Shown here in pieces: positions 43,942-53,516 of a stretch of 64,000 nucleotides of DNA. Every line of letters starts with the position of its first letter. Position 1 is the stretch's first letter. Where the stretch lies: contig CAVQBA010000006.1 in the NCBI GenBank assembly GCA_963710605.1, positions 192,001 to 256,000 on the forward strand, given 5' to 3'. The stretch comes from an uncultured cyanobacterium. GTDB taxonomy: Bacteria > Cyanobacteriota > Cyanobacteriia > Cyanobacteriales > Cyanobacteriaceae. Below the pieces are notes generated by a model, which did no database searches, was not told the origin of the DNA, and worked only from the letters and a program-made list of their open reading frames with translations. The position numbers and the translations under genes are program-made.

Positions 43942-44817
43942 ATGAACAAAAAAAATTGGTCTTCATTAATCTTTGGTATTACTAGTTTATTTTTTTTGAC
44001 AACATCAGCTATTCAAGCTGAAACAGTTTTAGAAGAAATTAATCGTACAGGAATTTTAAAAGTTGGGATTAGAAATGATGTCATCCCCTTTGGTTATCTG
44101 GATAATCAAGATAATTTAGCAGGTATCTGTTTTGATTTAGTTAAGTTAATTGAAACAGAAATTCCCAAATATCTCGATCGAGATATAATTGCCACAAGAC
44201 TATTAATCTCAAGTTTGTACAATCGTTTTGAAATTGTTCAAGATGAATTAGTACATTTAGAATGTGGTCCTAATACAATTAGAAAATTAGAACAAGAGCA
44301 AGTAAGTTTCTCTAAGCCATTTTTTGTTTCTGGTGTTCGATTTTTGGTAAAAGAAGAATCGGCAAGAAAGCTAATTAATTCTCAAGGAAAAGATTTTCGG
44401 ATTGGTGTATTGCGTTACACAAGTACAGAAGAATTAATTAAACAAAAATATCCTCAAGCTACCTTTGAATATTTTCAAGGTGATGGGGCGGCTTCACAAG
44501 CGTTTGAATTAGTTAAAGCCGGACAATTAGATGCTTTTATCAATGATACTATTTTACTAACCGGTCAATCTGTAGCCCAAAGATTTCCTATCGGCGAAAC
44601 TACAGAGTATGTTTTAACTCCTGAGCAACCTTTTAGTTGCGAAAAATATGGTTTTATTTTACCTAAGAATAATCCTGATTGGTCGAATTTAGTTAATTCT
44701 GTTATTCAATCAACACAAACTCAAGAAGTATTTCAACGTTGGTTTAGTACTTTTAATTCGGATTATGGTTCAGATGTTCTAAAATGCCCTAAAGAGTTAG
44801 ATGATATAGTTGAATAA
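43942..44817 (+). CDS. Amino-acid ABC-type substrate-binding protein (orphan)
   Basis: Signal peptide, LKVGIRNDVIPFGY, LECGPNT, FSKPFF. Confidence 0.85.
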   Translation: MNKKNWSSLIFGITSLFFLTTSAIQAETVLEEINRTGILKVGIRNDVIPFGYLDNQDNLAGICFDLVKLIETEIPKYLDRDIIATRLLISSLYNRFEIVQDELVHLECGPNTIRKLEQEQVSFSKPFFVSGVRFLVKEESARKLINSQGKDFRIGVLRYTSTEELIKQKYPQATFEYFQGDGAASQAFELVKAGQLDAFINDTILLTGQSVAQRFPIGETTEYVLTPEQPFSCEKYGFILPKNNPDWSNLVNSVIQSTQTQEVFQRWFSTFNSDYGSDVLKCPKELDDIVE

Positions 44818-44838
44818 TTGATAATTAACAATTAATAA

Positions 44839-45861
44839 TTGAGGAGAAAAAATCATATTTTGAGTATGGATTATGGTTTACAAGAAAAAATAATTACTGT
44901 CGGTTTAGTTGGCACAGGTTATGCGGCAAAAAAAAGGGCAGAGGCTTTTAAAAACGACCCTGATAGTGAATTAGTCGCCGTCGTTGGTAATACGGTTGCT
45001 CATACTCAAGATTTTTGTCAAACTTTTGAGCTTCGGGTGGTGGCTACTTGGCAAGAATTAGTAAACGATCGTAATATTGATTTAGTCTGTATCTGTAACA
45101 TCAATAAAGAACATGGAGAGATAGTTAAAGGAGCTTTATTGGCAGACAAACACGTTATTGTTGAGTATCCTTTAAGTTTAGACCCAATTGAAGCAGAAAA
45201 ACTCATTAAATTAGCCCAAGAAAAACAAAAATTATTACACGTCGAACATATTGAAGTTATCGGTGGCGTACATCAAGCTATTAAACAAAATATCGACAAG
45301 ATTGGTACTCCCTTTCTCGCCCGTTATAGTACTATTTTAGCTAAGTCCAAAAAAGCTCCCCATTGGACTTATAGTTATGATGATTATGGCTTTCCTTTAA
45401 TTGCCGCTTTATCTCGTATTAACCGTTTTGTCGATTTGTTTGGTGACGTTGATTCAGTTGGTTGTTACGGGCGTTATTGGGATGCACCTATAGCAGGTTA
45501 TTTTAGTGCTTGTTTTTTTCAGGCACAACTCAAATTTAATAACCAAATGATGGTTAATCTTACTTATGGTAAAGGAGAAAAATTTAAAACAAGCGATCGT
45601 ACTTTAGAAATACATGGAGATAAAGCAACCCTTAAATTTGTCGGCGAAAAAGGCACTATCACCAAAGGAAAAGAAGTAACAGAGATTGAGGTAGGTAGCA
45701 GAGTCGGTTTGTTTAACAAAGATACGCAAATGGTTTTACAACACCTTAAACAAAGCAAACCACTATACATAGATAACAATCAAAGTGCTTATTCGTTAAA
45801 AGTAGCCCAAGCAACTAATCAAGCATATCAACAAGAAACGATCGTGATAGTTAATAATTAA
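44839..45861 (+). CDS. bvdR: Biliverdin reductase (Gfo/Idh/MocA family)
   Basis: VGLVGTGYAAKKRA, KHVIVEYPL, LLHVEHIE. Confidence 0.8.
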   Translation: MRRKNHILSMDYGLQEKIITVGLVGTGYAAKKRAEAFKNDPDSELVAVVGNTVAHTQDFCQTFELRVVATWQELVNDRNIDLVCICNINKEHGEIVKGALLADKHVIVEYPLSLDPIEAEKLIKLAQEKQKLLHVEHIEVIGGVHQAIKQNIDKIGTPFLARYSTILAKSKKAPHWTYSYDDYGFPLIAALSRINRFVDLFGDVDSVGCYGRYWDAPIAGYFSACFFQAQLKFNNQMMVNLTYGKGEKFKTSDRTLEIHGDKATLKFVGEKGTITKGKEVTEIEVGSRVGLFNKDTQMVLQHLKQSKPLYIDNNQSAYSLKVAQATNQAYQQETIVIVNN

Positions 45862-45994
45862 TAATTAATAATGAAAATATCTATTAGGCTATAAGCTGTA
45901 TTCTGTTCATTGTTCACTGTTCATTGTTCATTGTTCATTGTTCGTTGCTATATAATGGAATTTAAACATTTAAAGATAAAAAAAAGAATATAAT

Positions 45995-47092
45995 ATGTCA
46001 GTATTGGCAGCGATCGCAGTTTTAGGTATCTTAATAGTAGTACACGAACTAGGACATTTTGGAGCGGCAAGACTTCAAGGTATTTATGTCACCAAATTTT
46101 CGATCGGTTTTGGTCCAGTTTTAGCTAAATACGACGGTAAAGAAACAGAATATGCACTTAGAGCGATTCCTTTAGGTGGATACGTTGCTTTTCCTGATGA
46201 TGAAGGTGAAGATAGTGATATTCCTCCAGATGATCCTAATTTACTACGAAATCGTCCCGTATTCGATCGGGCAATTGTAATTAGTGCAGGAGTAATCGCT
46301 AATCTTATCTTTGCTTATTTGCTTTTAGTCGGACAAGTTGCCACCGTCGGCGTACAAGATATTAGTTATCAACAAGGCGTTTTGATTCCTGAAATAATTG
46401 CCGAAGCAGATTCTCCAGCATATGTAGCAGGATTACAAAATGGTGATGTTATTGTGGCTATTGATGGTAAAGAGTTACCCGCATCAGAAGAAGCTATCAA
46501 TTCACTTAGAAAAACAATTCAAGCCTCACCTAATCAACCTTTAAATTTTGAAGTTAAAAGAAAAGAAGAATTAATTAATCTTGAGATTACACCTCAAACA
46601 ACAGAAAGTGGACAAGGTAAAATAGGCGTTATGCTTTCACCTTATGGCGAGTTAATCAAACGTCATCCTGAAAATGTTACTGAATTATTTACTGTCGCTT
46701 CTCAGCAATTTGAACGTTATACTCGTTTAACAATTCAAGGTTTTGGGCAACTAATCACCAACTTTAAAGAAAGCTCAAAACAAGTAGCAGGACCTATCGC
46801 TATTGTAGCAGTAGGAGCCGAGTTAGCTAAAAATGATTTAGGTAATCTATTTCAATTCGGTGCTTTGATTAGTATCAACTTAGCAATTATCAACATTTTA
46901 CCTTTACCTGCTTTAGATGGTGGACAACTAGCATTTTTAGCTTTTGAAGGAGTGATGGGTAAACCTTTACCTAATCGTTTACAAGAAGGAATTATGCAAA
47001 CAGGTTTGGTTTTATTACTTGGTTTAGGTATTTTCTTGATTGTAAGAGATACTGCTAACCTCGCTTTTTTCCAACAACTTTTACCTGAATAA
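45995..47092 (+). CDS. rseP: RIP metalloprotease RseP
   Basis: HELGH, PDZ domain, NILPLPALDGG. Confidence 0.93.
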   Translation: MSVLAAIAVLGILIVVHELGHFGAARLQGIYVTKFSIGFGPVLAKYDGKETEYALRAIPLGGYVAFPDDEGEDSDIPPDDPNLLRNRPVFDRAIVISAGVIANLIFAYLLLVGQVATVGVQDISYQQGVLIPEIIAEADSPAYVAGLQNGDVIVAIDGKELPASEEAINSLRKTIQASPNQPLNFEVKRKEELINLEITPQTTESGQGKIGVMLSPYGELIKRHPENVTELFTVASQQFERYTRLTIQGFGQLITNFKESSKQVAGPIAIVAVGAELAKNDLGNLFQFGALISINLAIINILPLPALDGGQLAFLAFEGVMGKPLPNRLQEGIMQTGLVLLLGLGIFLIVRDTANLAFFQQLLPE

Positions 47093-47247
47093 TTAAATCT
47101 CAAAATTATTAATTATCATTAACACGAAATAAAACGAAAAAAGGGTGCATACCATGCACCCCTACATATAATTATGAATATTTATTTAAAAAGACAATAT
47201 TTAATTCTCCATTCTCAATTCTCAACTCTCCATTCCCGAAGGCAGGC

Positions 47248-48084
47248 TTAACCTTTGATTGCACCTGCTGTAATACCTTGCACGATTCTTTTTTGGAAAA
47301 TTAAAACTAAGACGATTAAAGGAAAAGTACCTAAAATTGTTGCCGATGCGATCGCACCATAAGGAATCTCAAAAGCACTACTCCCACCAACTTTAGCCAC
47401 TGCCACGGGTATAGTTTGTAAACTTTCTCTAGAAATAAAAGTAAGGGCGAAAATAAATTCATTCCAAGCAAAAATAAAAGCCAAAATTCCAGTAGTTATC
47501 AATGCAGGAATAGTTAAAGGGAAAACTATTTTTAATAGCATTTGCACCAGATTGTAACCATCCATACGGGCTGAATCTTCTAAATCTTTGGGTAATTGTA
47601 AAAAGAAACTACGCAAAACTAAAATAGTTAATGGTAAATTAATAGCCGTATAAGGAATAATTAAGGATAAATAATTGTTTCCTAAATCTAAAAATTTAAC
47701 GATTTCTAATAAGCCTAAAAAAAGTAAAACATAAGGAAACAAACTCACTACTAAAACAAAACCGATAATGATGTTTTGATAGGAAAGATTAAACCTTGCT
47801 AAAGCATACGCACAGGGTGCACCCAAAGCCAAGCATAAAATTGTCGAAACAAGAGCAACAAAAGCACTGTTGAGCATATACCGTAAGAAAATTGCTCCTA
47901 AGCTCGAATAGTTAGTCCAAGTTAATTGCTCTGAATTAGGAAAATAAATTGTCGGAATTTTAGCGATCGCTTCGTTAGTTTTTACTGAAGTTAAAACTTG
48001 CCATAAAACAGGAGCAAGACAAAAAGAAATTATTAGAATAATTCCCAAATATAAAAGTATTTGTTTATAATTATTTTTTAACAT
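47248..48084 (-). CDS. Carbohydrate ABC transporter permease (MalG-like)
   Basis: LEDSARMDG EAA loop, FIFAWNEF. Confidence 0.92.
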   Translation of the reverse strand: MLKNNYKQILLYLGIILIISFCLAPVLWQVLTSVKTNEAIAKIPTIYFPNSEQLTWTNYSSLGAIFLRYMLNSAFVALVSTILCLALGAPCAYALARFNLSYQNIIIGFVLVVSLFPYVLLFLGLLEIVKFLDLGNNYLSLIIPYTAINLPLTILVLRSFFLQLPKDLEDSARMDGYNLVQMLLKIVFPLTIPALITTGILAFIFAWNEFIFALTFISRESLQTIPVAVAKVGGSSAFEIPYGAIASATILGTFPLIVLVLIFQKRIVQGITAGAIKG

Positions 48085-48100
48085 TATTAATTATTAATTA

Positions 48101-48997
48101 TCAATTATTTTTACTGATTTTATTTAAAACAAAACTAACAATAGTTACTACCAAAATCAGAATTAAAAAAGTAACCGTAACTAAAGTTGCCCCATAGCCA
48201 AAATCGAGATAACGTCGTACCGTTGCATATATATACACAGCGATCGTTTCTGTACTACCAGCAGGACCACCACCAGTCATTACTTGTACCAAATCAAACA
48301 CCCCAAAAGATTGAGCAAAACGAAATAAAAGAGCGATCAAAATTTGAGGTATTAATAAAGGAAAAGTAATCTGCCAAAAACTTTGCCAAGGATTTGCACC
48401 ATCCATTTGATGTGCCTCATACAAATCACTAGAAATAGATTGCAAACCAGCTAGTAAAATCAAAGCAATAAAAGGAGTCGTTTTCCAGACATCAGCCACA
48501 ATTAAAGAAAACATTGCCCTTGTCGGATTGCCAAGCCAGTTAATACCTTCATTGATAATACCTAAACGCAACAGAATATCATTAACTACACCATATTGGT
48601 CATTAAAAATCCATGCCCACGCTAAACCCATTACAGCAGTCGGTAACGCCCAAGGAATCAAGGTAATAGTACGTACTAAGCCTCTACCAACAAAAGCTTG
48701 GTTAAGGATTAAAGCAAAAATCATCCCTAATACTAACTCCAAGGTTAGACTAATTGTCGTAAAAACTGTCGTATTAGCCAAATCCGCCCAAAAACGTCCA
48801 TCACCAAATAGACGAATATAATTACCTAATCCTGCAAATTCAGGTTGTAATTGCGTACCTAAATTTTGAAGATAAAAACTACTCCAAACAGCACGAGTAA
48901 TAGGGTAAACAAAAACAAAAATAAGTAGTAATAAAGCAGGTATTACTAATAACCAACGAATATATTTTTCTCGACTAGAAACTTGTTGTAAATTCAT
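48101..48997 (-). CDS. Carbohydrate ABC transporter permease (MalF-like)
   Basis: WKTTPF, LYEAHQMDGA, MTGGGP. Confidence 0.92.
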   Translation of the reverse strand: MNLQQVSSREKYIRWLLVIPALLLLIFVFVYPITRAVWSSFYLQNLGTQLQPEFAGLGNYIRLFGDGRFWADLANTTVFTTISLTLELVLGMIFALILNQAFVGRGLVRTITLIPWALPTAVMGLAWAWIFNDQYGVVNDILLRLGIINEGINWLGNPTRAMFSLIVADVWKTTPFIALILLAGLQSISSDLYEAHQMDGANPWQSFWQITFPLLIPQILIALLFRFAQSFGVFDLVQVMTGGGPAGSTETIAVYIYATVRRYLDFGYGATLVTVTFLILILVVTIVSFVLNKISKNN

Positions 48998-49038
48998 TAT
49001 TTATAAACTCTTAACTCTTAACTCTTAACTCTTAACTC

Positions 49039-50313
49039 TTAACTCTTTAGCAGTCTTCTGGTTTCTCCCGCCGCTTGTTGCATCGCTTTTTCTGGTGTCA
49101 TAGTTTGAGTTAATGCCGCACTCAAATACCTTTGTAAAATATCGGAGGCTTGAGCATATTGAGGAATAGGAGGGCGTAATGCCGAGCTTTCTACAACTTT
49201 TAATAAGTCAGGATAATAAGGATATTTGGCAACAATTTCTTCGTTATTAAATAAAGAAGTACGACTAGGTACGTAACCTGTTGCTAACACCATTTCTTTT
49301 TGATTCTCTTCGCTGGAGAAAAATTCGATTACTCGCCATGCTTCTGAGGGGTGAGAAGTAAACGCAGACATCCCAAAACCCCAACCACCTTGACAAGCAC
49401 CACTTTTTTCGTTGGGTTTATGCACCATCGGCTTAAGGGCAAATTTACCTGCAATCTCGGATTCAGAAGCTAATCCTGCCACATATGGCCAATTACGGAG
49501 GAAGATACTTTCGCCATTTTCAAAGATACGTCGGGTTTCTTCTTCGGCATAGGTTGTGACACCTGGAGGAGATATACCTGTTTCGATTGTTTCTAATAAA
49601 AATTGTACACCAGCGATCGCTTCTGGGGAATCTAACCCCACTTCATTAGTTTCAGGATTAATCCAATAAGCACCAAAACCTTTGAGTATCTCAACAAACA
49701 TCGCCGATAAACCTTCATATTGTTTCCCTTGCCAGAGATAACCCCATTTGGCGACATTTTTGCTTTGTAAATCTTGAGAAATTTTAATTAATTCACTAAA
49801 AGTATTTGGAGGATTATAGCCATTTTCTGCTAACAAGTCACTGCGATAATAAAGCATTCCGCCATCAGAACGAAAAGGCATTCTGTATAATGAATCTTGA
49901 TAACTTCCTCCTCTTATATCTCCTTTGAGATAAGCATCTAGATAATCAGGAGTGACAAATTCATCTAAAGGTTTTAACCATTTTGCCGCCGCAAATTTTT
50001 GCACCCAAGCAATGTCTAAATAGACTAAATCGTAAGGTGAATCTCCTAATAAAAAAGCTGAAGTATATAAATCTTCTACTATATTAGTTTGGTTTGGAGC
50101 GGTGATAATTTCTAAGTTTAGATCGGGATTATTTTGATTAAATTTATCGATTAAAAATTCTAGTCTTTGTTTTTCAAAAGCCTGCATTAAAACCGTAATT
50201 TTAGTTGGCTGTTGACTATAGCTAAGTTTGGTAAATAAAACTATAGAGAGAAAAATTGATAATACGATCCAGACTAATCTTTTTTTTAATTGTGAAAATA
50301 AATAACTAATCAT
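49039..50313 (-). CDS. Carbohydrate ABC transporter substrate-binding protein
   Basis: LYYRSDLL, WQGKQYEGL, FLRNWPY, GGWG; first gene of the three-gene operon. Confidence 0.92.
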   Translation of the reverse strand: MISYLFSQLKKRLVWIVLSIFLSIVLFTKLSYSQQPTKITVLMQAFEKQRLEFLIDKFNQNNPDLNLEIITAPNQTNIVEDLYTSAFLLGDSPYDLVYLDIAWVQKFAAAKWLKPLDEFVTPDYLDAYLKGDIRGGSYQDSLYRMPFRSDGGMLYYRSDLLAENGYNPPNTFSELIKISQDLQSKNVAKWGYLWQGKQYEGLSAMFVEILKGFGAYWINPETNEVGLDSPEAIAGVQFLLETIETGISPPGVTTYAEEETRRIFENGESIFLRNWPYVAGLASESEIAGKFALKPMVHKPNEKSGACQGGWGFGMSAFTSHPSEAWRVIEFFSSEENQKEMVLATGYVPSRTSLFNNEEIVAKYPYYPDLLKVVESSALRPPIPQYAQASDILQRYLSAALTQTMTPEKAMQQAAGETRRLLKS

Positions 50314-50587
50314 TATATTTATTTAATTATCGTCGTCACTAATTTTAACTTAGCTTAGATTACGATCGTATTAATAAAAAATAATTTGTCATATTTTCGT
50401 GGAGATGAAAATTAATAGTTTTACTTGTAACTAATCTTAAATATCTTTTATTGTTGGTAAATATTGATATTAATAATTTTTTTAGATTCATCGACTACAA
50501 AATATTCGGGTGCAAACCTTGCACCCCTACCTACAATTAATTGGAAATCAATATTACTTAATCGTTTTTTTCCCCATTCCCACCCTC

Positions 50588-50765
50588 ACTAAATTAGTAA
50601 ATCTATACATGGTAGTTACAGTTACAATACCCGATACTCATGTAACAATACTGAGTATTAAAGTGTAATTTAGGGAATCGAACCCATTTGGCTATGACTC
50701 TTCAGCCGTACCTAGCTAACTAATTACCCGTTAGCGAGGTTTGTATTCGCCTTTACTAATTTAGT
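50588..50765 (-). ncRNA. Candidate structured RNA downstream of DIP1984-family gene
   Basis: Perfect 14-bp closing stem ACTAAATTAGTAAA/TTTACTAATTTAGT enclosing four hairpins, including GGG-TTCGATT-CCC (T-loop). Confidence 0.75.
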
Positions 50766-50780
50766 TACCAACAAAGCAAA

Positions 50781-51239
50781 TTATTCCATTAATTCAGTTG
50801 ACCAATTCAATTGTTGTATTTTGGCATCTAATTCTCGATATTGTTTTGATAGAGCATCCGCTTGTTTTTGAATTTCTGATACTTTAACTGTACTTTTAAA
50901 TTTTACCTCGGATTTGCTATAACGATCTTGAGTAATTGTGGCTGTTTGTGCTAAATTTTTATATGCAGAGTACTTGAGCAACATAACATCTCTAGTTGCA
51001 AGTTTGTCCGCAATTGTTTTATCATCACTAACAACTGTATTGGAATTAGTTCTATTAATTTTTTGGATGATACTTTCTAACTGCCCGGATGTACTTTCTA
51101 AATCCTCTATCAATTCTTGAGGAGATTCTGAAGGAGAGTCTCCTTCTTGTACTTTGGCATTTTGCGTTAGTCTATTTTTTAAGTCGCTCAGTTTTTTTTG
51201 ATAATTAGCTCTTAATAAAAGTGCTTCAGCTAGTTTCAT
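50781..51239 (-). CDS. DIP1984-family coiled-coil protein
   Basis: MKLAEALLLRA...NAKVQEGDSPSESP...INRTN...RYSKSEVK...LDAKIQQLNWSTEL. Confidence 0.88.
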   Translation of the reverse strand: MKLAEALLLRANYQKKLSDLKNRLTQNAKVQEGDSPSESPQELIEDLESTSGQLESIIQKINRTNSNTVVSDDKTIADKLATRDVMLLKYSAYKNLAQTATITQDRYSKSEVKFKSTVKVSEIQKQADALSKQYRELDAKIQQLNWSTELME

Positions 51240-51604
51240 GTTAATGTTTTTCTTTTTTTACGAAACATATATATCTTTAATTATGTAACTATTAAAATTT
51301 AGACAAATATTTTAGTTTCATCGGTTTTTATTATTAATCATTATAATCATGTTATAACTTTTTCTAGTTACGATCGTAATTGACTATGTAACAATAATTA
51401 TTACCATAATCGATCGTGAATTAACTTTTTCAACCAGTGTTACAAACAATCTTAATCGTGATAACTAGTACATATTAGCAATAAAAATTATTGTAAGTGA
51501 TAGTGGTGTAGTCAATAAACCTTGAATATGATTATTTTGAATTAGTAAGACCAATCGTCAAAGTATTCATAGTATATAATTACTAAAAATACTTATAAGC
51601 AAAA

Positions 51605-53308
51605 ATGTCAGAAATCACTAATGCAGTCAAAAGAATTGCTAACATTGCTAGAAACAAAAATTGGAGTAATCTACCAGCAATATCTCTAATTTATTCTGGG
51701 GAATATCAAGACATCCCTTCAGGAAAAATCAAGCCAGAACAACTAACACAGGAACAACTAAAATATATAGATGATGTTTTTGGTGATTTTCAGCCATATT
51801 TAACCAAAGAAAAAATAGAAAACAAAGTCAAGACATATCCCTTTAAACTTCCTCAAGAATTTTATGAATTGTATCAACTAGGTAATGGTTGTCTTCCTTT
51901 TGATGTTATAGATGAATCACAAAACGATCGCAAAAAGTCGAGCTCAATTTATGACTACTTTTATTTTCCTAATCCTGATGATAAATTATTAGATTTACAT
52001 TCAATTATGAATTTTTATTCTCGTACCAAATATGCAGTTTGAATACTTAGAAAATAAATATTAGTAGCATTGGATGGAATCCAATATTATTCCTCTAAAA
52101 AGATTTATTGTCCTCATTGTAATTGTCGCAATCATAGAAATGGTGAAACAACTTATTATCATCAAGTAATTACTCCAGTTATCGTCTCACCAAACAAAAA
52201 ACAAGTAATTAACTTAGAGCCTGAATTTATTAGAAAACAGGATGGTAAAACGAAGCAAGATTGTGAAAACGTAGCGGTAAAAAGGTGGTTATTACGAAAT
52301 TCAAATGACCAAGAAAAAAATCAAATAACCTTATTGGGAGATGATCTTTATTCTCGTCAGCCAATATGTGAATTAGCGATAAAACAAGGATATAATTTTA
52401 TATTTGTGGCTTTACCATCATCTCATAAAAGTTTATATGAATGGCTTGATTTTTTAGAAAAAAATGAAGAAATAAAGAAAGGAGAAATCAAAAAATATGA
52501 AAAAGGAAGACCGATAATTTATCGTTATAAGTATGTAAATAATGTACCAATGAGAGAAAAAAAGCCAAGCTTAATGGTCAATTGGTATGAGGTCGAGATA
52601 ATTGATAGAATTAAGAATAAAGTAATTTATTATAATAGCTTTATCACTAATCATAAATTAAAAGAAGACAATATATTAGTAATAATAAAAGGGGGAAGAA
52701 CAAGATGGAAAGTAGAAAATGAAGGTAATAATATCTTGAAAAATCAAGGATATAATTTTGAACATAATTTTGGTCATGGGCAAGAGAATTTGTCCGAAAT
52801 ATTGTTATCATTAAATCTACTAGGATTTCTCTTTCACAATGTTTTAGAATTAGTGAATGTTAACTATCAAAAAATTAGAGACAAATTAGTGAGGAGAAAA
52901 ACATTTTTTAATGATATAAGAGCGTTATTGAAATATATATGGTTTGAAAGTTGGCAGGATTTATTCATATTTGTACTAACGGAAGGAGAAGAAAGAAAGT
53001 TAATCAACACAAGTTAAAAAGAGAAAAAATAAACAGTAAATTCTCCTTTACTACCTATTTTTATGTATTTAGATGCTGGAGAGTATTATCTATGTTTGGA
53101 AGGAAGTAATCAACAAGAAGAAACTTCTTCGTTATCGTTAACAATTCATGGAGGAGATTTGAGTTTTGACGTAATAGAAGAAATGTGGCCCAGTCTTACT
53201 AATATGATATTAGCCTATGCTCAATTACAAGAAACAAAAGATTTGAAAAAAGATATTTATGAAGAGTATGGTAGCTGTTGTGAGTATGCAGATGATTTTT
53301 TTACATAA
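51605..53308 (+). pseudogene. SMI1/KNR4-like gene interrupted by a transposase fragment
   Basis: 5' half has PFKLPQEFYELYQLGNG; removing 52039-53037 restores in-frame KYAVNSPLLPIFMYLDAGEYY...WPSLTNMILAYA. Confidence 0.75.
52039..53037 (+). mobile_element. 5'-truncated DDE transposase fragment (ISNCY/IS4-like), flanked by CAGT direct repeats
   Basis: ALDG...KQDCE...LLGDDLY...GRTRWKVENEGNNILKNQGYNFEHNFGHG; N-terminus and terminal inverted repeats not seen. Confidence 0.85.
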
Positions 53309-53516
53309 TTGCTATTCACAAAGTAAACACAAGCCTTTAGTCTTTAATGCGTTATTCTTTTAATTTTTTACTCCTTGACTATAAGTAAAACAAAAAATTT
53401 TAGTTTCGATCGTTTTGTACTTCAATTCTTAATTAAATAGTATAAAATGAAATTCCGTTAAGAAATGTAATAATATATTACGAAGACGATCGCTCAATTC
53501 ATCGAGGAGACAATAA

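Noticed and set aside
50673-50685. tRNA gene or prophage att-site remnant suggested by GGGTTCGATTCCC
   Set aside because: No acceptor stem, CCA end or integrase nearby; the T-loop is embedded in a different fold
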